A program made the position numbers and the translations under genes. The notes beneath the pieces were generated by a model, which was not told where the DNA came from, did no database searches, and worked only from the letters and a program-made list of their open reading frames with translations. 64,000 bases of DNA, from positions 16,058,001 through 16,122,000 of the forward strand of contig JBHGNT010000008.1 of NCBI GenBank assembly GCA_043228905.1, read 5' to 3'. The DNA comes from Azolla caroliniana. Its lineage: Eukaryota > Plantae > Polypodiophyta. Numbering within the stretch: position 1 is the first letter of the stretch; the number at the start of each line of letters is the position of its first letter. Shown in pieces: positions 37,895 through 50,000 of the stretch.

Positions 37895-38721
37895 ATCTCG
37901 CCCTTCACTCCGGCATGCGATGTCTCGCCAGGCCGATCCGCTTTCGGCACGCTGTCGTAAAGATTTCTGACTACGGTGAGAAAACCGAGAGGGACAAATA
38001 AAATGGGGATGTGCAACATTGCACATGCACTTGTAAATTTGTATAATGAGAATAAGATAACAAAGTGTAAAGGGAAGGCTAATAATCTAAGGTGCTAAAG
38101 GTGCACCACAAAGTTCGTTGAGGCATAAAGGTGATATGCACTCTGTAGGCTAGTGAGAGGTACATGAAGAATGAGTGTAGGGAGTAGTGGGCATTGAGTA
38201 TGAAGGCGAGAGGAGAGAGAGTTACGACCCATCAATCTCAACCCCCCCCCCCAGATTGAGGTCAAATATTCTCCTTTGAAAGAAAGGGCATTTGACCACT
38301 CCCTTTGTATTGTGCCTCACAACTTACTACTATAAAAGGGAGTGAGGGGTCACTTGTGAAGGGGTTGCCTATTTTGAGTGTGAGAGGTATACCAGTTAGT
38401 GCTAGGGTTCTTCATCTTCCTATTTCGGTTTTAGGGTTTTGTTAGGGTTTTACTCTTCTTCTTTACTTATCCGGTTAGGGTTTCTTGTAGTTGTTTGCTT
38501 TGTCCTATGTGGCCATGGTTGTAATTGTTTGCGGAATCTTAATATAGTATGTTGATGTTTCTTGTGTTGTTGGTGTATCTTGCCTCCATCCATTCTATGT
38601 TTATGTGCTATTCTTCCCTCTCTCTTCGCTAAGCTTCCATTTCCCTTCTACTCCCTAGTCCATGACCCCCGTAGTCCCGCCTTGGATCCTACACATACTC
38701 GCGGATTTTCGCGACATAATT

Positions 38722-38739
38722 TGGTGAACCCGATGTGAA
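38722..38739 (+). promoter_or_regulatory. Primer-binding site complementary to tRNA-Trp
   Basis: TGGTGAACCCGATGTGAA versus the plant tRNA-Trp 3' end as recalled (..TTCACGTCGGGTTCACCA); one C>T difference at a CpG. Confidence 0.8.
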
Positions 38740-38794
38740 AAGGGGGCAAGGGAGGACGGAGATGTAAGACAAGGACTTCGACTTTGTAGAGATA

Positions 38795-40153
38795 ATGGCA
38801 AAGATCGTGATGGATGCCGAACGGAAGAAGATGAAGTGAGATGCGGCTCAACAAGCCGTCGAAAGGGTGGTCGGTCGAGTCGGCCGGTTCAATGAGGATG
38901 ATGTCCCAATATTTTTGGGAGCTTACAATGCCGAAATGACAGAGAGGGGCATGGACGAAGTGATGTGGCTAGATTTTTTTTGTCGAGTGGCAGCCGTATC
39001 GATGCACAAAGAGATCAAGGAGCTTCGAGAAACTCACGGGTCATGGGAGTCCTTTAAGAGAGCTCTATTGGAGGCGTACGGGTACGCCAAACCGGAGGGG
39101 CGAGGTCAGCATGAGTTCGATCGATGGGTAGCATCGGTGATGGCCCATCGGAGCGCTATGGAGGCATTTTGAGAGTTCGAGTGTCGTTTCTCTCAACTCT
39201 CGGAGCGGGATCGGAGATCGGTGGGGGCGGACAAAGTCTTCCTATTTTTGAAGACTGTCCATCGAGAGGAAAGAATAGACATCCTATTCGAGCTTGGGGA
39301 TGATTACGGAGCACACGGTCTCACCAAGGATTGGTCCGAAATGGAATGGGTATGCCGGCGACACAATGAGAAGCGGTCAGCCACAACACGACATGCGAAT
39401 GGTAGAGAAGAGAGGGCGGTGAGTGACTACGCACTACCGCCGGAAGAGAGCTCAATGCGTGATGGATCGGAGGAGTATGACCTAGAGGCATTGGTATGGG
39501 AGGTGTACAAGAGGGTGAAGGCGAAGTTCAAAGCCAAAGAAGGGTCTATCGCGGAGGCCGGAAGAGCATGCGGTGGCGACATGGGAGAGGGTGCGGAGCA
39601 AGCGACCATCTCATCCTACGGTGAAGGGACGGCCATGGATCAAGCCGGTGACTACGGAGCGGGGAGCGCCTCTTTGAGAGTGGGCGGAGGATTCGGAACA
39701 CGGTGGCCCGAAACATCTAGCGGGGAGAAGACGAGTGGCGGTGCCGAGACCTTACCCACACCGGTTCTAGAGACTCCGGCGGCCGGCCCGAGTGCCGACG
39801 TGAGACCTAGAGTGACGAACGGTGGCGGCAGCAAGGTGGTCAACCAAGAAGACGGAAAGGAGAGCGAGGAAGAGGAGGCGACAAGCGTAATTGAGGCTTG
39901 CACGATCAGAGACGGGGTAGCCGCGGACAACGACGTCCGGACGGAGGCGACTACGGACACGACGAGCGGTGGTGCTGGGGCCTTACCCACATCGGTTCTA
40001 AATACTTCGGCTTCCGGTCCGAGAGCCAACGTGAGACCTAGGGTGACGGACGGTGGCGGCGGCAAGGCGGGCAACCGAGAAGATGGCAAGGAGAAGGAGG
40101 AAGACTGTGGCAAACGGAGCAGAGATCACTCGGCACCGGGCCGGAGACTATGA
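38795..40153 (+). pseudogene. Gag-like ORF with acidic/Gly-rich repetitive C-terminal extension; two in-frame TGA stops
   Basis: ATG 38795 and ORFs 38867 and 39221 share one frame. FECRFSQLSERD..DKVFLFLKTV..GLTKDW aligns by eye with FESRFGRLSARD..DKVIMFLRAV..GLTNTW at 31140-31300. Confidence 0.75.
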
Positions 40154-43100
40154 CGGTTGCGCCTGAGTGCCAACATAAGACCAGAGAGATGGGTGGTGGT
40201 TGAGAGGATGAAAGGCCCGGAACGGGCATATACAAAGGGACCGACGGAGAGGCCGGGAGCGGCAATGAGGAGAGAGTCGGGAACTGACCCGACCGGAAGA
40301 CTACGCGGATGAGGAGTGGTGCGGGGGTCGGTGAACCGGGCCTGAACCGAAGGAGAACTGGCAAGGCCGGAAATTGTTTTGCCGAACCCTCATCGGCTGG
40401 TTACGATTACGGAAGGGAGCCGACCGAACCGGAATATGATTGGTCGGGACCGAACCAGGCAAGGGCTATGCCGGCATGATTGGAGATCGAGGCATACGGG
40501 TCACCACACCCGGTGGGAGCTGGTGAGCGCGAGAGGGAGGCTAACCGGGCACGAAGACCACGGTTCGGTGAAAGACCGAGAGCAAGAGGGACCCTCCACA
40601 CCTATTCTAGAGACTTCGGTGGTTGCAGATCAATGTAAGACCGGAGAGATGGCGGGTGGCGGCGAGGAGTCGGAGGCCGGAGTGGACGAGGTTATCGGAA
40701 CGGGTATCCGATATGGAATGACGGACGAGTGGGGCCAAGACGATAAGCCGGAGTCAGAAGGGGCTACGGCAACGAAGGGAGAAGAGGCCGACATGGAGGT
40801 TGGGACTATGGCGGGAGAAGCGTGTAACACGAAGCATGCACTACAACTCGATACGGAGCATGCATTACGGCGTATTACGGAGCATGAATTACAGCCGACG
40901 GAGGGCCAAAGAACAAGCATGCACCTGGAAGAGCGGTAACGAGTGACCGGTGATAGCGGTCCGGTCGAGCCTTTGAGAGGCATGTACGAGACGAAGGACG
41001 GAGCGGTGAGGTGCTGGGATCGATAGATGGACGGCGTGAGCGAAAGGATGTGTCTTGGAAACCGGAGGAGGTGCGCGGAGAACAAAGGGCTACATGTCGG
41101 GAAGAGGAAGAGCGGTTTTCTAGAGGGCATGCAAGGCCAAGCGGGCCAAGAGGGCGTGAGTCAAGACGAAGCAGTAATGAGAGCCGCAAAGGACGCCGAA
41201 GTGGGGCACACTGACACAGATGTCGCGATGGAGGTACGCTCTACCGCGAGAGAGCGCGACGAGCAAGGGAGAAGCGAGGAGTGCGTAATGGGGTCACGTA
41301 AGGACCAAAGAACAAGCGCGTATTTGGAGGACAACATCGATGCACGGGAAGAGCCTATGGAAGGCAAGCACAGAGTGGAGAGAGTCGGCACGCTGAGGTG
41401 ATCGGGACGTGGAGAAGATTGAACCAAAGGAGGGACATACGCGGCATGCGACGAGTGGAATTTGGCATGCGATTGGAGAGATTGACAGTGCAGCCTGAGG
41501 ACATATGCGGCGGACAAAGGAAGAGAGACTGGGTCGGCAATGATGTTCAGGAGGACCAATCATGGAGGAACGCACGAATGTCGGATATGGGGGATCGGAT
41601 GGCGTCGGTGGTTCGGGGGCACGTGGTCGACGTGGTGGATCGGATGGATCCGATAGATCGGGGTAGGTAGGAGCCGACAAGGCGGTCAGGTGCCAGGACG
41701 ACGGAGGACCCGGTTGATCATTGTCACCGAAATCTCTCACCCTTCTCCTCTTGGCACATACCGGTGGATGTGCGGTTTGGTGGGGGCGGATGTCGTGAAA
41801 ATTTCCGGCTACGGTGAGAAAACCGGGAGGGACAAATAAAATGGGGATGTGCAACATTGCACATGCACTTGTAAATTTGTATAATGAGAATAAGATAACA
41901 AAGTGTAAAGGGAAGGCTAATATTCTAAGGTTCTAAAGGTGCACCACAAAGTTCGTTGAGGCATAAAGGTGATGTGCACTTTGTAGGCTAGAGAGAGGTA
42001 CATGAAGAATGAGTGTAGGGAGTAGTGGGCATTGAGTATGACGGCGAGAGGAGAGGGAGTTAAGACCCATCAATCTCAACCCCCCCCGCCCCCCCAAGAT
42101 CGAGGTCAAATATTCTCCTTTGAAAGAAAGGGGATTTGACCACTCCCTTCGTATTGTGCCTCACCCCTTACTTCTATAAAAGGGAGTGAGGGGTCACTTG
42201 TGAAGCGGTCACTTGTGAAGGGGTTGCCTATTTTGAGTTTGAGAGGTATACCACTTAGTTCTAGTGTTCTTCATCTTCCTATTTTGGTTTTAGGGTTTCG
42301 TCTAGGGTTTTACTCTTCTTCTTTACTTATCCAGTTAGGGTTTCTTGTAGTCGTTTGGTTTGGCCTATGTGGCCATGGTTGTAATCGTTTGCGGAATCTT
42401 AATATAGCATGTTGATGTTTCTTGTCTTGTTGGTGTATCTTGCCTCCATCCATTCTATGTTTATGTGTTATTCTTCCCTCTCTCTTCGCCAAGCTTGCAT
42501 TTCCCCTCTACTCCCTAGTCCAAGACCCCTGCGGTCCCGCCTTGGATCCTACACGTACTCGCGGATTTTCGTGACAACGTGTCCAGCTTGTCGGTTATCA
42601 ACACCTTGGTTAGCATATCCGACCCATTCACCTCCGTGTGGATCTTCATCAACACGATCTCTTGATCTTCTACTCGCTGCCGGATGTAGTGCTACCTCGG
42701 TTGGATATGTTTCGTCTGGGAATGGTAGGCCACATTCTTCGCAAGGTGGATGACACTTTGACTATCGCAGTAGATCCGGTATTCCTTCTGTTGGATCCCA
42801 AGTTCTCCAATGAAGTCCTTCATCCAGATAATTTCCTTGCCAGCTTCTATAGCTTCCAGGATTACTCATGAACCGGCTCACCATAGCGGATGCATATCCG
42901 ATATTCGGTCGGGTACATACCATCGCGTACATCAAGCTTCCGACAGTAGAGGCATATGGTATCTTCATTATATCAGTCTACTTTGCATTTTTCCTTTGGC
43001 TTTGTTTCCTGGATAGCTTGCAATTTGCCAGAAGTGTCGATCCGACCGGTTTCGCCTTCGACATGTTGAACCGTTCAAGCACCTTTGTCACATACTTCTC

Positions 43101-46100
43101 TTATGACAACCACAATAGCTTCTTCGACCGGTCCCGGATGATGTGCATTCCCAACATCTGTATTTCCGGACCCAAGTCTTTCATTGAGAAGGTTCGGTTC
43201 AGAGCCTTCTTCAGCATCCGAATCTTTCCTTGGTCTCGTCTGACGATTAGCATATCATCCACATATAGGAGAAGTATCAGGGAATCTCCTCCGTCAAATT
43301 TCTTCACAAACATGCAGTGATCGGCTAGCGTCTTGTGGTACCCTTGGTTGGTCATGAAGGAGTCAAACATCCAGTACCATTGGTGGGGAGTTTGCTTTAA
43401 TCCGTATAAGCTCTTCTTCAGCCGGCACACCAGGTGCTCCTTTCCTTTCTTCTCAAATCCTTCTGGTTGATGCATGTAAATCTCTTCTTGAAGGTCGCCA
43501 TGTAGGAGTGTTGTCTTGACATCCAGTTGGTCTACCTCGAGGTCCATGTAGGAATGTTGTGTTGATATCGAGTTGCTCTACCTCGAGGTCCATGCTTACC
43601 GCTATTCCCAATACTGTCCATATGGATGTCATCTTTACTACCGGGCAAAGATCTCATTGAAGTCCACTCCTTTCTTCTACTGGAAACCCTTCACCACGAT
43701 CCGGGCTTGGTACCTTGGTGGATTTCCAGCGTCTCCCGGTTTTAACTTGTACGCCCACTTGTTCTGGAGTGCTCTCTTCCTTTTCCGCAACTCTGCCAGT
43801 TTATACGTGTGGTTCTCATGTAGGGAATCCATCTCGTCCTGCATGGCACTCAACCACTTATGGTTGTGGGTGTCTCTCTTTACTTCTTTGAAGCTTTCCG
43901 GATCCCCTTCATTGGTTAGCAACACATATTTTGCATCTGAAAATCTTCGGGGGGCTCTTGTCTCTCGGAGAGGATCTTTTCATCCGTGGTTTCTGACCAC
44001 CGGTTCCTCTGTTTGTTCCTCATTCAAATCCGATTTGGGATGTTGTCCGGTTGCGGTGTCTTCTTCTTCTTCTTCTTCTTCTTCGGTCGGTTCGGTTTCT
44101 TGTTCGTATCCGGCTGGTTCGTCAAGTGTCATCCGGTTACCGGCTAACATCCGGTTTTCAACCGGGTAAGTTCTTATGTCCTCAAGCCGGTTTTCATTGG
44201 ATGATCTAGAGTTCATCATCTTCTTCTCCTACTCCCAATCGGCAATGGTCCTGTCTTCCATGAAGACTATGTCCCGACTCCGGAACACCTTTTTTCCACC
44301 AGATCCCACACCCGGTAACCGAACTCATCATCACCGTATCCAAGGAATATGCATGGCCTGGACTTCGTATCCCACTTTTCTCTCTTGTCCTTTAGAACAT
44401 GCATATATGCGAGACACCCGAAGTCCTTAAAATGCCAGTAAGACATGTCCTTACCGGTCCATACTCTTTCCGGTGTGTTTCCGTCCAAGGGTACTGAGGA
44501 TGATCTGTTTATCACGTGAGTTGTCGTGGTCAGCGCCTCAGCCCGAAACATCTTGGGTAACTTGGCATGTACTAGCATGCGGCAGACTCTCTCCATTATG
44601 GTTCGGTTCATCCGATCAGCCAACCCGTTTAGTTCTGGCGTCTTCGGCACGGTAAATTCAAGCCGGATTCCCTTTGACCGGCAATACTCCTCGAACTGCC
44701 CCCAATATTCTCCTCCGTTGTCCGCTCGAACCACCTTCAACTTTTGGCCAGTTTCTCTTTCCACTCTTGAGTGGAGCTCCTTGAAGACGAATAACACCTT
44801 ATCCTTGTCTTTAGCGGTGACACCCACAACTTCCGGCTGTGGTCATCTATGAACGTCACGAAGTACTGTGATCCGGCATGTGACTTCGTGTCCACTTGAC
44901 ACACATCGGTATGCACCAGCTCCAGTGGTGCATTCCGTCTCATCTGTGGTCTTCAGCGGAAGTAGGTTCGGTTTTGCTTGTCGGCCAAGCAATCAATGCA
45001 TGTCCTTTACTAGAACTAGATTGACTTCGGCAAGTCTCTTCATCCCCTTTTGGTTCATATGACACAGTCTCTTGTGCCACAACGCACCGACAGTGTTAGA
45101 TGCTACGTTCACTTCTTCCCGGCATATACGGGCATTAATCAAGTACAGTGTGTTGACCTTCTAGGATCGAGCCACAATCAAGATTCCTTTGCTGAACTTC
45201 ATGACTCCGTTCCGAATGCTACCCATGTAGCCTTCATCATCCAGCTGACCGGTTGATATCGGTTCAATCGAACCTCCGGAACGTGTCAGACATCATTCAG
45301 CAGGAACTTGCATCCGGTTGATGTCGTCAACAACACATCTCCTATGCCGAAAATTCGGCATGTACCTTCATTCCCCATATGGACACAACCATGATCACGG
45401 GCAGTGTAGGATGAGAAGCATTTCTGATCCGGTGTCAGGTAGAACGACGCTTCGGAATCGACAACCCATGTTGTCTCATTGCCGACAAGATTTAACTCAT
45501 TCTCCTCAGTAATGAGCATCAGTTCTTCTTCACTTGTCACGATCGCCGACGTTCCTTTCTGATCCGGGCCTCTCCGGTCCAAACCATTTCAGTCCGAACT
45601 CTTCTTTGAATCGGTGGTGCCGGTTTATTTCTCTTTCCGGAAATGCCGAGAGTTCTTCTGGAATTAGCATGGCTTCCCACAGTAGAAGCAAGTAGGCCAC
45701 CCCCTTGACTTCGACCATGTCCCCAACATGTCCCGGTTTTGGGGACTCCGATACCGGCCCTTCTTCCCCTGTTGTGGTCATCTTCTATGACCAAGGCCTT
45801 CGGATCGGTTCCGGACTCCCGGTCTTTCCGGTGAGTTTCTTAATCTAGCGACCTTGATTTTACCCTTGCTAGGGACAACTGCTTTCCTTCCGGCCTTGTG
45901 TTGCCCAACGTGACAACTAGCGTCACCCAACTATTCGGGAGGGAACCGAGCAACAGTAATGCGAGTACCTCATTGGCGATAGGTACTTCCAACGAGGTTG
46001 CTTGGTATATTAGCCCCTGGAAGGCATTCATGTGCTCTGCCATACTAGAGCCATCCTGGTACTGGAGCCTCACTAGCTTCCGGAATACCGAAATCCGATT

Positions 46101-47032
46101 AACGACATTCGTGCTCTGGAACATGATGCCGATCTTCTCCCAGAGTTCATGAGCCTTGCTCTCTTCATTAAAGTTGTTGTACAAGCTCATGTCGATGAAG
46201 CAGTGGATGTATGCCGTCCTCTTCATGTGCCTCACCTCCCACACTGTGGCGTCAATCTTATCTGGTCTCTTGTCCTCGAACTGAACATGCAACGAAAGAT
46301 CTTTAACCACCAACATATCCCTCATCTTTGACTTCCAAATTGAGTAGTTGGAGCCGCTGAGCTTGAACATGCCGCCGAACGATTCTTCGATTTCCTATGT
46401 TGTTCTCTCTGATACCAGATTGAAGAGAATAGCGCGGAATATTGCTCAGCCACAACCGAGTCTTCAATCACTTCGATGAGAATGAAACACAAAAATGGGA
46501 ATAGAGATGAATACACGTACACCAAAAAAAGAGAGTACACAGGATGTTTACGTGGAAAACCCTGAATGGGAAAAATCACGGGAGCCCACAGACTCCAACT
46601 ATCAGTATATGAGCACGGTACAATCAGAGACTTGGAGGCAACTACCTCGAGCTCTCTATCTTCAACAGGCGGTGACTACAACAGAGTATTGCTCTGTATC
46701 TCGCTGTCACTCTCTTCCTCTCTCTCTCTATACAACAGTTATGCACACCAACAATATGACAAGAAAACACACATATAAAGGGATTGCCCTAAGTCATATT
46801 TATACTTATATGAACTTAGGTCTATTTACAAATATAGCCTCAATAGGCTTACTAAAAACATATTTACAAATATGTCTTCTCTTCCGGTTTTCATTGGGTC
46901 CACCAAGTCGGTTTCCGAATCTCTTCCGGTTGTCATCGGGTCCACCGGTCCGGTTTCCGGATCTCTTATGGTTCTCACCGGGTCATCTCCATTCATAATT
47001 GGATCCTATCCGGAGGGACCAATTTCCCAATA

Positions 47033-50000
47033 TATGCGAGTCACAATCCAAAGTCCTTAGATTTCTTGGTGCATGTGCACTTTATCACATATGGATTCCG
47101 CAGTATGCGCACATTGCCGAACCACTCTATCAGTTGTTGCGGAAGGGTAAGAAGTTCAAATGGAGACCGGAACATACCAAAGCCATGAAGAAGCTCAAGA
47201 AAACACTATGGAGGGCAAAAGCACTTAAGAAGACGAACTATGACCGACTGATCATAGTAACAGTTGATACAAGTCCAACCGGGATCGAATGGGTAATCAA
47301 TCAAGTCGACTCGGATGGTTCACGATATCCGATTTGATTCGGAGCAAAGGTTCTCAACGAAAGGAAACGTTGATATGCACAAGTTAAAAGAGAATTATGG
47401 GGAGTCATGTTGGCAATAAAATCGGATCGAGATTATTTTATCAGAGCTGAAGTAGTGATCGAAACGGATTGTCTTCCGATACTCGGGATGATGCGATATT
47501 GCACGGTACCGGATGTGGTTATGCTAAGATGGATTGCAAATGTAAATTCACTTCATCTGGAGGTTTGTCACATCTCGGGAAAAGACAATGTGGTAGCGGA
47601 TATGTTATCAAGGTCCCGGTTCAAAGATGACATAGTCAAATCGGATAATGAAGAAGTTTCCGAAGACTACTTTACTTCAGAGCACATATGCTGGATGAAT
47701 GTAATTCGGGAGTTCCGGGAAGACGAATACGAGGGAGAAAGCTTATTGATCAGGAAAGTGCTACAAGAAATCGAGGAATCATCGGACAATAAGGAAAAGA
47801 GAGCCGAGATCCGAAGGAGGAAATGACAAATCTAGAAGTTCTTCTTGAACAATGGATTAATATGGAGAGAGCCGAAAAGACCGGATGGCATACCACTCCG
47901 GGTAGTCGGCACAAAGGAACAATACAAGCAACTAATATCTGAATTTCATGAATCCCATTAGGCTGGACATCGGGGAACATGGGTGACATTTGCAAAGATC
48001 AAGCAAAATTATTGGTGGAAGAATATGTATAAGGATGTAACGGAGTTCATGGAAAGCTGCAAGAAATGTCAAATCTACTCTAGAGTACAACATCGGATGA
48101 ATTACATCCGCCATTCTCACCAACAATCAATTTTAAATGGATGGTCAACATCATGGTCATGCCAACCGGGATCGGAAGAAAGAAGTACTTGGTGTTAGCT
48201 CAAGAAGATCTAACGAACCAAGTAGAAGGTCAGGCACTATGGAGGAAAACATGTTCTGCAGTATGCCAATTTCTCTTGGAAGAAGTGTTCTGCAGGTACG
48301 AGTGTGTAGGACAAGTAATTGTGGATCAAGGAGAACTTGACTTTGATAAAGCTAGGGAATTCTTCGCCAAACATGGAGTAAGGTTGACACTAACCACAAC
48401 ATACGATCCAGAAGCAAACGGGAAGATCGAACGAGGACATAGTCCAATGGTTAAATCACTTTTAAAGGCATGTGATGGAAGGGTGAAGAATTGGCCGTAG
48501 ATGCTTCCATATGCACTATGGGCGGATTGCACAACGCATAGTTCCGTAATTGGAAATATGCCAACAGAACTTATGATCGGACAAGCTCCAGTAATGCCTA
48601 CGGAAATCGCAATTGTGACATGGACAGGGCTACCGTGGAAGGAAGAGATGATTCGGGAAGAACTACTTGCGATCCGGATACGACAGCTAGAAGGAAGACC
48701 GGAAGACATAGTGGCAACGGTGCACCGACAACAAGAAGCGCGATTTCGAAACAAACGTCGATTCGATAAAAATCACCATCTTGGATTGCAGAAGATTGAA
48801 GAAGGGGATTGGGTGATAGTATATGACAATAGTATGGATCATCAACACAACTCAATATGGAAATTTGCTAAAAGGTGATTCGGACCATACGAAGTTTGAA
48901 AAGCATTTGACAATGGAACTTACCGGCTAAGTGAGCTAGACGGAACAATTCTTCGAGTGCCTATAGTGGGGAAGTGTGTAAAGATTTTCAAGAAGCGAAT
49001 TGACGACGAACCCTTCGTAGCCTTAGTCAAACCCGATACAAAGGAGCAATTGGATAATGATCACGAAAGTGCAGAAAGTGAGGAAAGTGAGCTAGATTTA
49101 ATAATCAACATAGGGGACAAGACAGAGGATGCTATGGATCAAGAAGACTAACAAGTACTGGAAACTTCGCACATACTGAAGGATGTGCAAGTCCGGAGGG
49201 GGTGAGTGTTGTAGTGTGCTTTGTACACTACATGAAATATGTGTAGAATACCCAATTGACTAAGTATAAAGAAATAGGAGAAACTACTAAAATAATTATG
49301 TTACATGCATAAGGCAGGATTTGAACTCTCTACCTCAATGTTAATGATTTCAAACCTTAACATTGTACTAGCAAATTATAAGTATTAAAGTTATACTAAA
49401 CATTATCCCATATAAATATTCTAGATAAGAATGATAGAAAAAGTTATCCATGCATACACACTCGAATTAAATGAAGAAGTATGATAGAAAAGCTAATCAT
49501 GCACATGTGCATGAACACTTGAGTTAAAGAAAAAGCATGATGGGAAAAGTTAATCATGGACATGTAGTGTGCACGAACATTAGAGTTAGGGAAAGGCATG
49601 ATGCTTGCATGTGGTAAACGTAGACTCTCCAAACACTATATAAGGATGGGGGAGCAAATTGTAACATTGTACTAGCAGATTATAAGTATTAAAGTTAAAC
49701 TAAACATTATCCCATGTAAATATTCTAGATAAGCATGATAGAAAAAGTTATCCATGCATACACACTCGAGTTAAATGAAGAAGTATGATAGAAAAGCTAA
49801 TCATGCACATGTAGTGTGCATGAACACTTGAGTTAAAGAAAAAGCATGATGGGAAAAGTTAATCATGGGCATGTAGTGTGCATGAACATTAGAGTTAGGG
49901 AAAGGCATGATGCTTGCATGTGGTAAACGTAGACTCTCCAAACACTATATAAGGATGGGGGAGCAAATTGTAACATTGTACTAGCATATTATAAGTATTA

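Larger units (their letters stand above)
37953..42576 (+). mobile_element. Structurally complete non-autonomous LTR retrotransposon (gag only, no pol)
   Basis: Highly similar LTRs 37953-38716 and 41791-42576 (TGTCGT...GACA); TSD ACGC/ACGT; PBS and PPT present; no PR/RT/RH/IN motifs seen. Confidence 0.93.
37309..47032 (-). mobile_element. Copia family A unit 2: 5' LTR 46421-47032, gag-PR-IN-RT-RH, 3' LTR 37309-37894; interrupted by 37953-42576
   Basis: PBS 46407-46417; WVVDSEASF; HTDVC..FIDD..ADNGGEY; LLLYVDDML. RNase H continues across the nested insertion. Confidence 0.92.
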
